DNA of 63,464 nt, the filler included. It is 4 parts of 4 records of this genome, joined end to end, with 100 filler letters (N's around TTAATTAATTAA, not from the genome) between each part and the next. Parts side by side here need not be neighbours in the genome. Positions count along the whole stretch, not along the records: positions 1 to 31,470 come from SRR20825010_3179; 3 more parts are not named here. One strand, given 5' to 3'. The notes under the pieces were generated by a model, which was not told the origin of the DNA, did not search any database, and worked only from the letters and a program-made list of their open reading frames with translations. The translations under genes were made by a program, and so were the position numbers. This document shows, one piece after another, positions 1 through 15,499 of this stretch. The first letter of the stretch is position 1. Each line of letters opens with the position of its first letter.

Positions 1-36
1 TGTGCGCTTGGGCTCCGCCATCCATTGCTCCGCACA
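1..36. repeat. Truncated REP-like intergenic element
   Basis: TGTGCG (1-6) pairs with CGCACA (31-36); GCTCCGC is repeated at 12-18 and 27-33; a GGATGG core lies on the minus strand. It sits downstream of the kdsA terminator and is cut by the window edge. Confidence 0.45.
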
Positions 37-83
37 TTTTCGTAGGGCCGTTCCCGCTCACTCCCATAGTCCTTCTGGAACGC

Positions 84-2622
<2,539 letters not shown>

Positions 2623-2662
2623 TCAAGATGGGACGCCAGACTACCAGAAAGGCGCCACCTTC

Positions 2663-4027
2663 TCAATTACATTCCCGCTCCACAACAATCCGCCAGCCAC
2701 TGGCCGGGGCCTCTCCACAGTATTTGCCGGAAACCCACAAGTCGCCAGCTCCGACCACTTCTTCATGGCCGTCCACCACCTCAAGAAGCAGCGGTAGCCG
2801 GGCTCTTTCCCAGGGTGGAACATTTTTTTCCTGAAGCCAGTTCTTCAATAATTTCGACGGGCCGCCAGGGGCTGGGCGGATGCGTTCGCCCCCTGCCCTC
2901 GTAGATACCCTTATTTCCGGCGCCGGTGTTTTAGGCTTACCTGACGCCGCCAGCGTCAATCGCCATCCACCCCACGATAGCGCCTGATCCGGAACCAGGG
3001 CAGGCTTTCCGGCAGGCAATTTCGTGAACTCGGGAACCAGGTACAGGCACCCCCGAAAACGTCGAATCACGAACCCCGTTCCCCGAAGCTCCGGCTCCCT
3101 GTCCGCCGGCGAGCTCAGAAAATCTTCCAGAACCTGCGGCCAGTCTGCAATGGCGGGGGGCTGATAACGAAAATACCTTGCCCACCAGCGCAGCAGGTTT
3201 TTCTGCTCCGCCAGAGACAGTGCACCGAGCGCACTCAAACAAAGCTCACCAGAAGGCCCGGCACATTGTTTAAAGTGGATTTCCGCCAGCTTTGCAGCCA
3301 ACTCGTCCCCCTCTCGACACGAATGGGCGGTATGCCCCATACGACTGATCAGCGACGGCCAGCGTGACTTGAGGAGAGGAAAAATCGACGTACGGAGAAA
3401 GTTGCGATCAAAGCGCTCATCGATATTACTGGGATCTTCCATCCACTCGATACCGTGCTGAACTGCCCATCCGTGAAGCTCTGCGCGACTGAAATCAAGC
3501 AGTGGTCGATACAGCCGACCAGCACCCAGAGGGCGTGTCACCGGCATACCACCCAGCCCCGCCATGCCAGTCCCGCGCAACAACCGAAACAGCACTGTTT
3601 CAGCCTGATCATCACCATGATGGGCCATCAACAGTAACTCTCCCGGCGCCAGAACCTCCTCAAACACCTGGTAACGCGCATTCCGGGCGGCTTCCTCAAC
3701 ACCGCCGCCGCTAGCGCCAATATCCGAAGATTCGCGACCGCTGACGGTGACACGGTGACTGTCGAGTGGCACACCAAGCTGCCGGCAAATCGATCGACAG
3801 AAACGCTCGGTTTGATCGGCGTTAGGCTGCAACTGATGGTTGATATGAACCGCAGAAATCTGGCCGCTATGGGCGTACAGCCAGGTGGCAACATGAAGAA
3901 GCAGAACGGAGTCCATGCCACCGCTGAGGGCAATGCGAAGGCGTGAATGATCAGGCAGGTGCCTGACCGGAGTACATAGCGCCTCCGGCCAGTCTCTTCC
4001 GGAGCCGGGGTTACCGCCCGGTGTCAT
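2663..4027 (-). CDS. tilS: tRNA(Ile)-lysidine synthetase
   Basis: SGGMDS PP-loop, HHGDDQAET and EDPSN..RNFLR motifs; downstream of accA with a 17-nt overlap. Confidence 0.95.
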   Translation of the reverse strand: MTPGGNPGSGRDWPEALCTPVRHLPDHSRLRIALSGGMDSVLLLHVATWLYAHSGQISAVHINHQLQPNADQTERFCRSICRQLGVPLDSHRVTVSGRESSDIGASGGGVEEAARNARYQVFEEVLAPGELLLMAHHGDDQAETVLFRLLRGTGMAGLGGMPVTRPLGAGRLYRPLLDFSRAELHGWAVQHGIEWMEDPSNIDERFDRNFLRTSIFPLLKSRWPSLISRMGHTAHSCREGDELAAKLAEIHFKQCAGPSGELCLSALGALSLAEQKNLLRWWARYFRYQPPAIADWPQVLEDFLSSPADREPELRGTGFVIRRFRGCLYLVPEFTKLPAGKPALVPDQALSWGGWRLTLAASGKPKTPAPEIRVSTRAGGERIRPAPGGPSKLLKNWLQEKNVPPWERARLPLLLEVVDGHEEVVGAGDLWVSGKYCGEAPASGWRIVVERECN

Positions 4028-4964
4028 ATCGGGTCAACCGCTCGTAGCGGCGGGACACCAGTTCGTCGGCCGGCAGGCGACTGAGTTCGGCAATGCCCTT
4101 ACTCAGGGTCTCACGCAGGGATTCTGCCATTTCTTCCGGGCTGCGATGCGCCCCGCCCAGCGGTTCTGTAATAACGTTGTCCGCCAGCCCAAGATCCTTC
4201 AGTCGGTCGGCGGTCACGCCCATCGCTTCTGCCGCCTGGGAAGCGTATTCCGCACTCTTCCACAGGATTGACGCACAGCCTTCGGGTGAAATGACTGCAT
4301 AGGTGGAATACTGAAGCATATTCAACTGATCGCACACGCCGATGGCCAAAGCACCGCCAGAGCCACCCTCGCCTACCACCGTGGAAATAATCGGCGTCTT
4401 CAGGCGGGACATGACGGCAAGGTTGAAGGCGATCGCTTCACTCTGGCCACGCTCTTCGGCTCCGATACCTGGATAGGCACCCGGGGTATCAATAAAGGTC
4501 AGGATCGGCATGCGAAAACGCTCAGCCATCTCCATCAGCCGCAAAGCCTTACGGTACCCTTCCGGGCGCGGCATACCGAAATTCCGCTTTACCTTGTCGC
4601 GTACTTCCCGGCCTTTCTGGTGACCAATCACCATGACTGGCTTGCCATCCAGGCGGGCAGTGCCACCGACGATGGCCTGATCATCCGCATAACGACGGTC
4701 ACCGTGCAACTCGTCGAAGTCGTCAAAGATCATGTCAACGTAGTCGAGGGTATAGGGCCGGCGGGGATGACGAGCCAGGCGGGCCACGTCCCAGGGCTTC
4801 AGGTTCGAGAAGATGCTTTCAGTCAGGCTGACACTCTTCTTGCGCAGCCGGCTGATCTCATCGGTGATGTTGATATCGGTATCATTTCCCACCATGCGAA
4901 GCTCTTCAATCTTGGCTTCAAGGTCGGCAATCGGTTGTTCGAAATCCAGATAATTAGGGTTCAT
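4011..4964 (-). CDS. accA: Acetyl-CoA carboxylase carboxyltransferase alpha subunit
   Basis: [21 protein letters not shown] and [10 protein letters not shown] motifs. Confidence 0.98.
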   Translation of the reverse strand: MNPNYLDFEQPIADLEAKIEELRMVGNDTDINITDEISRLRKKSVSLTESIFSNLKPWDVARLARHPRRPYTLDYVDMIFDDFDELHGDRRYADDQAIVGGTARLDGKPVMVIGHQKGREVRDKVKRNFGMPRPEGYRKALRLMEMAERFRMPILTFIDTPGAYPGIGAEERGQSEAIAFNLAVMSRLKTPIISTVVGEGGSGGALAIGVCDQLNMLQYSTYAVISPEGCASILWKSAEYASQAAEAMGVTADRLKDLGLADNVITEPLGGAHRSPEEMAESLRETLSKGIAELSRLPADELVSRRYERLTRYDTGR

Positions 4965-5050
4965 GATGTTCCATCATTTGCTTGCAAGGCGAGAATGTAA
5001 GTCGCCAAACCAGAATTTTGGACAAAGATAGCAGCGCCTGAGCATTGGCT

Positions 5051-5078
5051 AAAGCGGACCTTCGTATGAGTCCGCTTT
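5051..5078 (-). terminator. Hairpin between dnaE and accA, possible terminator or RNA-processing site
   Basis: AAAGCGGAC-N10-GTCCGCTTT perfect 9-bp inverted repeat; the T tract is short. Confidence 0.45.
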
Positions 5079-5140
5079 CTGACAAAAACGTAATTATTCA
5101 ACGTGTCCGCCATACCCGGGATGAACCTTGCCGGATAGTA

Positions 5141-8100
5141 TCAATCATAGACCAGTTCTACCGACTGGTCGCCTACGAGGTATTTCAACTCCAATAACAG
5201 GTCGTCATCGGGCTGTACGCGCCACGATTCACCCAGTTCGATACGGGTACTGGCATTATCGCTACTGTATTCAATCCATACCGGGCTGCCCTCACAACGG
5301 AAGGGCCTGAGCGTGGAGTCCAGTTTATCCAGCAGGCCGTTCTGAAGCTGATCCGCGTGAATAGCGAGCTTGAGACCACGACTGAACTGTTGCCGGGCCG
5401 TACCAACGTCCATCACCGAGCTGACGCGCATCTTCATCTGGCCAGAATAATCATCATGGCTGACCTGGCCTTCCACCACAATGACCTGGTCGGACTGAAG
5501 CAACTCCCGATTCTCGAAAAAAGCCTCTGAAAACAAAGTGGCCTCAATGCGGGCACTGCGATCATCCAGGGTGATAAACGCCATGGTCGACCCTGTACGG
5601 GTCTTCATGGAACGTTGCGCAACGACAAGGCCGGCAACACGCTGGGGCTGGCGAGCCGGTTTGAGATCAGCAATGGATGAGCGCACGAACCGCCGCACTT
5701 CTTTCTCATATTCATCGAACGGATGGCCCGTCAGGTAAAGGCCCAAGGTGTCTTTTTCCCCCTTGAGGCGCTCTTTCTTGGGCCATTCCCGCACATTCGC
5801 CACGTCGGAATAAGGATCGCCATCTTCCCCGCCCATCAGCATGTCGCCAAACATGTCGGTCATGCCCACGGACTCGTTGCGGGATTGCTGGCCGGCCTGC
5901 TGAATGGCCTTATCTATGCTAGCCATCAACTGGGCGCGCCCTGCCCCCAGCTTATCCATGGCACCGGAGCGGATCAGGGCCTCCATGGCCCTCTTGTTTA
6001 CTTTTTTCAGATCCACCCGGCGGCAGAAATCGAAAATATCCTGGTAGGGCTCGCCGTCGGCGCGGCCGGCCTGAATACTGCCAATCGGTCCCTCACCAAG
6101 CCCCTTGATGGCGCCGAGACCGTACACAATGGCGCCGTCATCGTTGACGGTAAAGGTGTATTCAGAGCGGCTGACGTCGGGCACCAGCAGCTCCAACCCC
6201 ATGCTGCGGCACTCCTCCACCAGCGTGACCACCTTGTCGGTGTTCTGCATATCCGCCGTGAGTACCGCGGCCATAAACTCAGCGGGATAATGGGCCTTCA
6301 GCCAAAGGGTCTGGTAGGAAACCAGCGCGTAGGCCGCCGAGTGGGATTTGTTGAAGCCATAGCCGGCAAACTTTTCAACCAGGTCGAAAATGTTCTCCGC
6401 CAGGGTTTTGTTGATGTCATTGTTTTCACAGCCGTCGAGAAAGAACTGCTTCTGTTTGGCCATTTCCTCGGGCTTTTTCTTACCCATGGCCCGGCGCAGC
6501 ATGTCGGCGTTACCAAGACTGTAGCCGGCCATCACCTGGGCAATCTGCATCACCTGTTCCTGATACAGGATAACGCCATAGGTGGGCTCGAGAACGGGCT
6601 TCAACCCCTCATACTGATAATCAGGATGCGGGAATGACATGGGCTGCCTGCCATGCTTCCGGTCGATGAAGTCATCCACCATGCCCGACTGCAGTGGCCC
6701 CGGACGGAACAAGGCGACCAGGGCGATCATATCCTCCAGGGAGTCCGGTTGCAGGCGGCGAATCAGGTCTTTCATGCCACGGGATTCAAGCTGGAACACC
6801 GCTGTGGTTTCCGCCTTCTTGAGCATGTCGAACGAAGGCACGTCGTCCAGCGGAATCTCGTTAATGTCCAGCGCCGGCTTGCCCTGTTTCTCCAGGCGCG
6901 GGTTAATCATCTTCAGGGCCCAGTCGATGATGGTCAGGGTCCGCAGCCCCAGGAAGTCAAACTTCACCAGGCCGGCGTCTTCCACATCGCCCTTGTCGAA
7001 CTGGGTCACCAGGCTGCCGCCCTCGTCATCACAGTACAGCGGCGAGAAATCGGTAATCTTGGTGGGCGCAATCACCACGCCGCCGGCGTGCTTACCGGCG
7101 TTTCGACACACACCCTCGAGTTTCAGGGCCATTTCCCAGATTTCCTGGGCTTCCTCGTCATTTTCCAGGAACTCGACCAGTTGTGGTTCCTGCTCCAGGG
7201 CCTTCTCCAGGGTCATACCCGGCTCAAAGGGAATCATCTTGGAGAGTTTGTCCGCCAGCCCGTACGACTTGCCCTGAACCCGGGCAACGTCCCGCACAAC
7301 CGCCTTGGCAGCCATGGTGCCGAAGGTAATGATCTGGGATACCGCCTCGCGGCCGTATTTTTCCGCCACGTAGGCGATAACACGATCACGGCCTTCCATG
7401 CAGAAATCGACGTCGAAGTCGGGCATCGAAACCCGTTCGGGGTTCAGGAAGCGCTCGAACAGCAGGTCGTATTCCAGAGGATCAAGATCGGTAATCAACT
7501 GGGCGTAGGCCACCAGGGAGCCAGCACCGGAACCCCGGCCAGGACCTACCGGCACGCCGTTATTCTTGGCCCACTTAATGAAGTCCATAACGATTAGGAA
7601 GTACCCCGGGAACCCCATCTGGATAATGATATCCAGCTCGAAGTTCAGGCGCTTATAGTAGGCCTCGCGCTTGGCATCGTATTCGGGGTCGTCCTTGCTG
7701 AGGGTTTTCGCCAGCCGCTCTTCCAGGCCTTCTTCCGACACCTTTCGGAAGTAGTCATCCATGGTCATGCCATCGGGAATGGGGTAGTTCGGCAGGAAAT
7801 ACTCCCCCATACGCACCGGGACCGAGCAGCGTCGGGCAATTTCCACCGTATTTTCGACTGCCTCGGGGATATCAGAGAACAGCTCAATCATTTCATCGGC
7901 GCTGCGCAGATACTGCTGGTCGCTGAAACGACGCTCCCGCCTGGGGTCGTCCAGGGTCCGGCTCTCGCCAATGCAGACCCTTGCCTCATGGGCTTCGAAA
8001 TCCTCGGCATGGAGGAAGTGGACATCGTTTGTCGCCACCACCGGGCAGCCCAGCGCCTCCGCCAGCTCAACATTCAGGTGCAGGCAATCTTCATCCCCAG

Positions 8101-8623
8101 GACGCCCGGTGCGTTGCAACTCCAGGTAAAACGACCCCGGGTAAAGGTTCATCCAGTATTCGGCACGCTGTCTGGCAAGGTCCAGCTTGCCCGACATCAG
8201 CGCCTTGCCCACGTCCCCCAGTCGCGCTCCAGACAGGGCAATCAGCCCTTCGGTGCGGCTTTCCAGCCACTTTCGCTGGATAATTGGCTTACCGAAACGC
8301 TGCCCCTCTGTGTACCCCAGCGAGACCACTTCGGTCAGATTCAGGTAGCCATCGTTGTTACGGGCCAGCAGAGTGATGCGAAACGGGTTGTCGGGCTCGT
8401 CCGGGTTTTCGACCCACAGGTCTGCGCCGATAATGGGCTTCACCCCAGCACCCATGGCCGCCTTGTAGAAGCGCACCAGGGAGCACATATTGGACTGCTC
8501 CGTAAGCCCGACAGCGGGCATGCCCAGTTCTGCAACACGACCGATCAGGGGTTTCACGCGCACCAGGCCATCGACCATGGAATATTCGGAATGCACGCGG
8601 AGGTGGACAAAGGTCTGTGACAT
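5141..8623 (-). CDS. dnaE: DNA polymerase III alpha subunit
   Basis: PHP domain ([11 protein letters not shown]), [17 protein letters not shown] and FNKSHSAAY motifs; normal length, no intein. Confidence 0.99.
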   Translation of the reverse strand: MSQTFVHLRVHSEYSMVDGLVRVKPLIGRVAELGMPAVGLTEQSNMCSLVRFYKAAMGAGVKPIIGADLWVENPDEPDNPFRITLLARNNDGYLNLTEVVSLGYTEGQRFGKPIIQRKWLESRTEGLIALSGARLGDVGKALMSGKLDLARQRAEYWMNLYPGSFYLELQRTGRPGDEDCLHLNVELAEALGCPVVATNDVHFLHAEDFEAHEARVCIGESRTLDDPRRERRFSDQQYLRSADEMIELFSDIPEAVENTVEIARRCSVPVRMGEYFLPNYPIPDGMTMDDYFRKVSEEGLEERLAKTLSKDDPEYDAKREAYYKRLNFELDIIIQMGFPGYFLIVMDFIKWAKNNGVPVGPGRGSGAGSLVAYAQLITDLDPLEYDLLFERFLNPERVSMPDFDVDFCMEGRDRVIAYVAEKYGREAVSQIITFGTMAAKAVVRDVARVQGKSYGLADKLSKMIPFEPGMTLEKALEQEPQLVEFLENDEEAQEIWEMALKLEGVCRNAGKHAGGVVIAPTKITDFSPLYCDDEGGSLVTQFDKGDVEDAGLVKFDFLGLRTLTIIDWALKMINPRLEKQGKPALDINEIPLDDVPSFDMLKKAETTAVFQLESRGMKDLIRRLQPDSLEDMIALVALFRPGPLQSGMVDDFIDRKHGRQPMSFPHPDYQYEGLKPVLEPTYGVILYQEQVMQIAQVMAGYSLGNADMLRRAMGKKKPEEMAKQKQFFLDGCENNDINKTLAENIFDLVEKFAGYGFNKSHSAAYALVSYQTLWLKAHYPAEFMAAVLTADMQNTDKVVTLVEECRSMGLELLVPDVSRSEYTFTVNDDGAIVYGLGAIKGLGEGPIGSIQAGRADGEPYQDIFDFCRRVDLKKVNKRAMEALIRSGAMDKLGAGRAQLMASIDKAIQQAGQQSRNESVGMTDMFGDMLMGGEDGDPYSDVANVREWPKKERLKGEKDTLGLYLTGHPFDEYEKEVRRFVRSSIADLKPARQPQRVAGLVVAQRSMKTRTGSTMAFITLDDRSARIEATLFSEAFFENRELLQSDQVIVVEGQVSHDDYSGQMKMRVSSVMDVGTARQQFSRGLKLAIHADQLQNGLLDKLDSTLRPFRCEGSPVWIEYSSDNASTRIELGESWRVQPDDDLLLELKYLVGDQSVELVYD

Positions 8624-8667
8624 AGCGTCGGAAATTTCCTGCAGGTTAATGGCGGTTCGGGGCCAGG

Positions 8668-9117
8668 TCAGCGACCAATCAATTCTTTGATGTCTTCTTC
8701 AGTTTGCGGGCCGAAGCGGGCCTCGACGAGGTCTCCATCCGGATCCACAATAAACGTTGCGGGCAGGGCCACGGGTGTTTCCCAGCCAAATTGCGGCCCT
8801 GGATCCTCTGCCAGCATGCTGTACTCAATACCCATTCTTCGCCCCAGGTCGATCAGTTCCTGGCCACGAACATCATCAAAATTCACACCGAGGACAACCA
8901 CGGCACTGGCGGTGTCGATACTGTTCAGCTCCGGAATTTCCTCCAGGCAGGGTTTGCACCACTCGGCCCAATAATTGACCAGCACCCAGTGGCCCCTCAG
9001 GCTCTCCCACTGCAGTACGGTTCCGTCCGACTTTTCAAACTCGTGGTTCTGGCAGCCTGCCAGCGGCAACAAGGCCAATAGTATACCGATCCCGCACAAC
9101 CTGGTGGAATAACGCAC
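8668..9117 (-). CDS. TlpA/ResA-family thiol-disulfide oxidoreductase lipoprotein
   Basis: WAEWCKPC active site and LAGC lipobox. The GTG at 9117 is preferred to the ORF-track start at 9258. Confidence 0.85.
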   Translation of the reverse strand: MRYSTRLCGIGILLALLPLAGCQNHEFEKSDGTVLQWESLRGHWVLVNYWAEWCKPCLEEIPELNSIDTASAVVVLGVNFDDVRGQELIDLGRRMGIEYSMLAEDPGPQFGWETPVALPATFIVDPDGDLVEARFGPQTEEDIKELIGR

Positions 9118-9231
9118 CAGTGCAGAGTACTTTGCAGGATATCGCGCAGGGTATTGCAAAGGGTGGCCTCCTGTTAGACTACGGCGCTCAGACAAACTTG
9201 CGGTTAACCTGACCTGGGAAGAGGGAGAACC

Positions 9232-10201
<970 letters not shown>

Positions 10202-10234
10202 CCCCGGCGCCACTTAACGACAACGGATCACCGA

Positions 10235-10603
10235 ATGCTTCACAACCCCAAAGCCCGAATAACCGCCCGACTGACCATACTGCTTTATCTGGCCACACTG
10301 GCGGCCCTGCTTGTCAGCACCTTTTACCCCGTGCAGGTCGAGGGCGTTTCCGTCACGCTGATGCTCAGCGTAAAGCTGGTCCCGCTGCTGGCGTTTGCCG
10401 TACCAGTGTTCCGGGGCCACAACCGTGGTTACATCTGGCTCAGTTTCGTGGTGATTTTCTATTTTACCCAGTACGTCGTATCGTCCTGGCTCAGCGAAGG
10501 CGCTATCACCCCTCTGATCATCGCAGTGCTGACCTTCCTGCTGTTTACTGTGGCCATGGTCCACCTTAAGGTGAACCGTCCGCAGCCCGTTACCGAAACC
10601 TGA
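10235..10603 (+). CDS. Small four-TM membrane protein, DUF2069-like
   Basis: Hydrophobic helices and a W.SF....YF motif; lies downstream of wrbA as in other gammaproteobacteria. Confidence 0.7.
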   Translation: MLHNPKARITARLTILLYLATLAALLVSTFYPVQVEGVSVTLMLSVKLVPLLAFAVPVFRGHNRGYIWLSFVVIFYFTQYVVSSWLSEGAITPLIIAVLTFLLFTVAMVHLKVNRPQPVTET

Positions 10604-10616
10604 CAGGGAACGCATC

Positions 10617-12419
10617 ATGGCCGACAGCACTCATCCACCCGCGCCACATAGAAGTACCTTGACCCTGAGGGATATCTGCACGGCGCTGGTCACCGGTGGT
10701 GAGATTACCCAGGAGGATGCCGAACGGGTTCTCTCGGCCAATATTGGTATCCAGACAGGGGGCAGCGGGCCCGCTAGCCAGCGCCATCCACTGGAACTGG
10801 TCGCCAAGGCCGGGTTGGAGAGCCAGAAAACCGGCCGCACCCTGGATCTGGACAGACTGACCCAGTGGCTCGCGGAGTGGGCGGAACAGCCCTACTACCA
10901 CATCGACCCCCTGAAGATAGATACACCCGCGATTGCCCGGGTGATGTCCTATGCCTTTGCCCAGCGACACGGCATTCTCGCGGTTGAAATAGGTGAGGAT
11001 GAAGTTCTCATCGCCAGCACCGAACCCTTCAAGAATGACTGGGAAGGCAACCTGCGCCAGGCGGTGAGAAAAGACATCCGCCGCGTGGTCGCCAACCCCG
11101 AGGATATCCGCCGTTACACCGTTGAGTTCTATCAACTGGCGAGCTCCGTCAGCAAGGCAGGCGGCAACAACGCAGCCAACCCCGCCGGTACCCAGAATTT
11201 CGAGCAACTGCTGGACCTCGGGGCCAGCGAACACCCGGATGCCAACGACCAGCACGTGGTCAAGATTGTTGACTGGCTGCTGCAGTACGCCTTCGACCAA
11301 CGCGCATCGGATATCCACATAGAACCACGGCGCAATGTCACCCAGGTGCGCTTTCGCATCGATGGGGTGCTGCACAACGTCTACGAATTCCCGGACCAGG
11401 TCGGCGTGGCCGTGACCAGCCGCCTGAAGATTCTCGGCAGGCTGAACGTGGCGGAAAAGCGCCGCCCCCAGGACGGCCGCATAAAAACCCGAAAGCCGGA
11501 CAACAGCGAAGTGGAGTTGCGGCTGGCCACCATGCCAACCGCGTTTGGCGAGAAAATGGTGTTGCGGATATTTGATCCGGAAGTGCTGTTAAAGTCCTAC
11601 GAACAACTGGGGTTTTCCAAGGAAGACCGGGAACGCTGGCAGGCTATTACCGATCACCCCCACGGCATTGTTCTGGTCACCGGCCCTACCGGCTCTGGCA
11701 AGACCACCACCCTGTACTCAACCCTCAAGCAACTGGCCACTCCCGAGGTGAACATCTGCACCATCGAGGACCCGATTGAGATGGTGGAGCCGGCCTTCAA
11801 CCAGATGCAGGTTCAGACCAACATCGAACTGACGTTTGCCTCGGGCGTGCGGGCGCTGCTGCGACAGGATCCGGACATCATCATGATTGGTGAGATCCGT
11901 GACCTGGAAACTGCAGAAATGGCGGTTCAGGCGGCTCTGACCGGGCACCTTGTGCTGTCCACCCTGCACACCAACGATGCCCCCAGCGCCATCACCCGCT
12001 TGATGGAACTGGGCATCCCCCCCTACCTGATTCGTGCCACGGTGCTGGGCGTAATGGCACAACGGCTAACCAGAACCCTGTGCCCCCACTGCAAGGCGCC
12101 AGGGCCGGTGGACGCGCAGGCCTGGCAAAGCCTGACCCGACCCTGGAAAGCCACCATGCCCAAGCAGGTCTACCACCCGGTTGGCTGCCTGGAGTGCCGA
12201 AACACCGGTTACTATGGTCGGGCCGGCGTGTATGAAATCATGCAACTGTCCGGCAACCTGATCCGGCAGATTACCGAGCAGTGCGAACTGGACCAACTGA
12301 GAGTGGATGCGTACAAGGATGGCATGAAATCCCTGCGGCTTAGCGGCGCGCAGAAAGTGGCCGCCGGCTCCACCACGGTCGAGGAAATCCTGCGGGTAAC
12401 CCCCGAAAGCCAGCGTTGA
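10617..12419 (+). CDS. GspE/PulE/PilB-family secretion ATPase
   Basis: ASDIHIEP, Walker A GPTGSGKTT, LRQDPDIIMIGEIRD, GHLVLSTLHTN and Zn CPHC..CLEC motifs. Confidence 0.93.
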   Translation: MADSTHPPAPHRSTLTLRDICTALVTGGEITQEDAERVLSANIGIQTGGSGPASQRHPLELVAKAGLESQKTGRTLDLDRLTQWLAEWAEQPYYHIDPLKIDTPAIARVMSYAFAQRHGILAVEIGEDEVLIASTEPFKNDWEGNLRQAVRKDIRRVVANPEDIRRYTVEFYQLASSVSKAGGNNAANPAGTQNFEQLLDLGASEHPDANDQHVVKIVDWLLQYAFDQRASDIHIEPRRNVTQVRFRIDGVLHNVYEFPDQVGVAVTSRLKILGRLNVAEKRRPQDGRIKTRKPDNSEVELRLATMPTAFGEKMVLRIFDPEVLLKSYEQLGFSKEDRERWQAITDHPHGIVLVTGPTGSGKTTTLYSTLKQLATPEVNICTIEDPIEMVEPAFNQMQVQTNIELTFASGVRALLRQDPDIIMIGEIRDLETAEMAVQAALTGHLVLSTLHTNDAPSAITRLMELGIPPYLIRATVLGVMAQRLTRTLCPHCKAPGPVDAQAWQSLTRPWKATMPKQVYHPVGCLECRNTGYYGRAGVYEIMQLSGNLIRQITEQCELDQLRVDAYKDGMKSLRLSGAQKVAAGSTTVEEILRVTPESQR

Positions 12420-12455
12420 TGCGCTCCCGGTTATCATGCCAGACATGGTTGAGCG

Positions 12456-13505
12456 CTACTGGGGAAACGCTCCGCACTGGGTGAGCAACTGCTGCCAACG
12501 CTCTTTATGGGCCGTAATGGCGCGGGCCAGTTGTCCCCAGACACTGTCGGTATTGCCCGTTTCCAGATAGAGCCGATACCAATCGCGGAACGCAGACGGC
12601 ATGGTCTCTGACTGCTGGGCGGCGAGCGTATCCAGCGGTTTGATCAGCGCCTCCCTCGCCTGCTCAATGCGGCCGAGATAGTCCTCAATATCATCGCCGT
12701 AACCGTCGGTATAGATATCCACGAGCTCGTCGGGCGGCGCTTCAGGCTCCGACCCCGAGCAAAGTGGTGCCCCTTCCACTCTCCTGGTCAACAGAGCCGT
12801 TGCGTCCTCAAGCCGCGCTGTGATCAGCCGAGCGCTGTTTAATAGCTGACCCGCACGATGTTCTGCCTGCCAGAGTTGATGCACACCACCCACATAATCC
12901 AACGGCTCATCTGTGTTGCCGTCCAGCAGGCCTCTGACCGTCTGGTTGACTCGCTTTACGCCCGAAGACAACTCCGCCAGAACCTTGTCATCGCCGCTCC
13001 CGAGATAATATCCCTGCGACAGGGTAAACAGACGCTCAATCTCTTCCACCCCCCAGGTGGCGTTCCATATCGCAATGGGGAGCGACTCGGTTTTATGGGC
13101 GATGGCCTCTTCCAGTTCTTCCTGTATATCCTCGCCATCGGTCTCCGAAATACAGGTCTCAGCGGCACGGATAAACCGTGTTTCATAACGCAATCGATTC
13201 AACGGTTGCATTACCCGCCCCATGATCGAATTCCTTTCGCCGACCACGTATTGCAACTCACACCCGTAAAGAGACAGGAAATCGAGCATTCCCATGTCCA
13301 GATCCGGCATGTCGAGAACGCGCTCCCGTCGGCGCGGGATCTGGGGAACAGGGGCTATATCGGAGAGTTCGGGGCGCAGTTCCAGAGCATCGGCTACGCT
13401 CACAACGTACCCATCCATCATATCTGGAACACCGGAATCCGGCGCGCAGCCGGCAAGATATAGGCACACCAAAGGCATTATCAGGCATCGAACGTCAGGC
13501 ACCAT
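12456..13505 (-). CDS. Lipoprotein, DUF3080-like
   Basis: LAGC lipobox and a C.L...GERNS.MGRVM motif; helical protein. Confidence 0.65.
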   Translation of the reverse strand: MVPDVRCLIMPLVCLYLAGCAPDSGVPDMMDGYVVSVADALELRPELSDIAPVPQIPRRRERVLDMPDLDMGMLDFLSLYGCELQYVVGERNSIMGRVMQPLNRLRYETRFIRAAETCISETDGEDIQEELEEAIAHKTESLPIAIWNATWGVEEIERLFTLSQGYYLGSGDDKVLAELSSGVKRVNQTVRGLLDGNTDEPLDYVGGVHQLWQAEHRAGQLLNSARLITARLEDATALLTRRVEGAPLCSGSEPEAPPDELVDIYTDGYGDDIEDYLGRIEQAREALIKPLDTLAAQQSETMPSAFRDWYRLYLETGNTDSVWGQLARAITAHKERWQQLLTQCGAFPQ

Positions 13506-13511
13506 GGAGGG

Positions 13512-14204
13512 TCAACCCTGCTGCAGAAACCTGTCGACCCCTGCAAAGTCCGTAGCCACCGCCCGCTTCGTGTCCGGCAGATCTCCCTCACGCACAAGCC
13601 AGACCGTGCGCATGCCAGCGTCCTCAGCGGCCTTCAGTTCGGCCTCAACATCGGAGAGGAACAGCACCGTTCTGGGTTCGACACCCAATTCGTCGATGAT
13701 GTTGCTGTAGGAAGTTGATTCCTTCTTACCGCCGATACGGGTATCAAAGTAACCGGAAAAGAATGGCGTTAAATCCCCGGCTTCGCTGAAACCGAAAATC
13801 AGCTTCTGTGCCTTCACAGAACCGGAAGAATATACGAACAGCCGCAAACCTCGATCATGCCAGCGCTGCAGATACTCGGCGGCATCGTCGTAGATGTGCC
13901 CCCGGAAAGCACCCTGCTGGTAACCCTGCTCCCAGAGCATTCCCTGCAAGGCCTTCAACGGTGTTTCCTTGCGATCTTCCCGAATCCAGGTATCCAGCAC
14001 CTCAACAAGCCCGTCGATATCCTCCCTGGCGACACCTGATGTGTGGGCAACGGCATCCAACTGCTCACGGATTTCCGTGCTGTCCGCCGCACCTTCCCGT
14101 ACAAACTCGGCCATATGCTTCGCCGAGTAGGGAAACAAAACCTCATGCACAAAGGAGATCGAACTGGTGGTTCCCTCGATATCCGTCAGGATCACGCGGA
14201 TCAT
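13512..14204 (-). CDS. mtnC: Acireductone synthase (enolase-phosphatase E1)
   Basis: HAD motif DIEGTT, YSSGS and LFLSD; 4-nt overlap with mtnD. Confidence 0.95.
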   Translation of the reverse strand: MIRVILTDIEGTTSSISFVHEVLFPYSAKHMAEFVREGAADSTEIREQLDAVAHTSGVAREDIDGLVEVLDTWIREDRKETPLKALQGMLWEQGYQQGAFRGHIYDDAAEYLQRWHDRGLRLFVYSSGSVKAQKLIFGFSEAGDLTPFFSGYFDTRIGGKKESTSYSNIIDELGVEPRTVLFLSDVEAELKAAEDAGMRTVWLVREGDLPDTKRAVATDFAGVDRFLQQG

Positions 14205-14761
14205 CCAGCCACTCCCGCCAGGCGCTCATAGCGCGGCAGCCGGCTGGCGATGTCTTCACCAGTGAAGTCTGCCACCCAGCCTTCCGGGTTGGTAAACAGA
14301 CGGATGCAGGTAAACGCAGGCTCCGGCCCCATATCAAACCAGTGGCGTGTGCCATCCGGCACGCTGATAAGGTCATTTTTCTGGCACAGAACAGCGTACA
14401 CCTGGTCACCAAAATGCAGGTAAAACAGGCCCTGCCCGCGAACAAAGAAACGCACCTCGTCTTCGCTGTGCACATGCTCATCCAGAAATTTCTGGCGGAA
14501 GGCCTCTTTCTGGGGGTTGTCCGGGTTCAGGCTGATGACATCCGCTGCCTGGAAGCCACATTCCTCCTTCAGCGCCTGGATCTCACCGGAATAGGCCTCA
14601 AGAATGTCATCAGATGACGCGTCTGCAGGCAGATCCCGGGTAGCCCATTGCTCAAAACGAACGCCGTGCTCTGCCAACAGGTTAGCGATTTTGCCCGCGT
14701 CTTCGGTCACGATGCGGGGGGATTCGGGCACACTCTGGTCAAAAATACTCAAGGTTGTCAT
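14201..14761 (-). CDS. mtnD: Acireductone dioxygenase
   Basis: Cupin EHVHSEDEVRFF and HWFDMG motifs. Confidence 0.95.
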   Translation of the reverse strand: MTTLSIFDQSVPESPRIVTEDAGKIANLLAEHGVRFEQWATRDLPADASSDDILEAYSGEIQALKEECGFQAADVISLNPDNPQKEAFRQKFLDEHVHSEDEVRFFVRGQGLFYLHFGDQVYAVLCQKNDLISVPDGTRHWFDMGPEPAFTCIRLFTNPEGWVADFTGEDIASRLPRYERLAGVAG

Positions 14762-15384
14762 CGGCGGACCCTCATGGTTTCAAGCTCACATTCGAAAAGG
14801 AATTCAAAGGCTTCGACGTGGCGCAGGCAGTCTGACATGGTCCTGCCCCAGGTATAAAGGCCGTGCCCACGAATCAGGTAACCCGGTTGTTCAGGATGCT
14901 GACGAAACCAATCTCTGGTTTGGTCCGCCAGCGCCGGAATATCCTGAGTATTGTCGAACACCGGCACGGTCAGTTGCGACTCGTGGGTATCAACCCCGGA
15001 AAACGCTTTCTGTAACTCGTACCCCTGTAACTTCAGCGGTTCTCCGGCGGGCAGCAGCCGGCTCAACACCGTTGCCTTGACAGAGTGGGTATGCAACACC
15101 GCACCAACGTCCGGAAAGGTCTGGTAAAGAACCGTATGCAAACGTGTTTCCGCCGACGATCGTGCATTGCTCTGGATGGGGTTACCAGAAAGGTCCACCA
15201 CCATGACATCACCCGCCACCAGCTGGCCTTTGTGTCGGCCGGACACCGTGACGGCGATATGCTCATCATCGATCCGCGCCGAATAGTTGCTGCTGGTAGC
15301 CGGCGACCAACCCTGGCCGTAGAGAAACCGGCCGGCATCAATGATGGACTGCGCGGCAATGGCGTAGCGGGTTACGTCAAACAA
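14758..15384 (-). CDS. mtnB: Methylthioribulose-1-phosphate dehydratase
   Basis: GWSPATSSNYS, SAET.LH, HTHS and GHGLYTWG motifs; TTG start with GAGGTG Shine-Dalgarno. Confidence 0.95.
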   Translation of the reverse strand: MFDVTRYAIAAQSIIDAGRFLYGQGWSPATSSNYSARIDDEHIAVTVSGRHKGQLVAGDVMVVDLSGNPIQSNARSSAETRLHTVLYQTFPDVGAVLHTHSVKATVLSRLLPAGEPLKLQGYELQKAFSGVDTHESQLTVPVFDNTQDIPALADQTRDWFRQHPEQPGYLIRGHGLYTWGRTMSDCLRHVEAFEFLFECELETMRVRR

Positions 15385-15430
15385 AAATCACCTCGGAACA
15401 GACACGCCGGATCAGCGCTTGATGATTACC

Positions 15431-15458
15431 ATTATAAGGATGAGCGTGCCGCCCGCAA
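15431..15458 (-). promoter_or_regulatory. Putative sigma70 promoter of mtnBDC
   Basis: Minus-strand TTGCGG-N16-TATAAT with a perfect -10, about 45 nt upstream of mtnB. Confidence 0.5.
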
Positions 15459-15499
15459 AGGCCGACGAACGCTCACCGGTCGGCTTGGAAAGCCATGGA

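Noticed and set aside
15385-15499. Possible SAM/SAH riboswitch upstream of mtnB
   Set aside because: The leader after the predicted -10 is too short and I recognise no aptamer consensus; the GCCGAC/GTCGGC hairpin lies upstream of the promoter. An Rfam scan would settle it.
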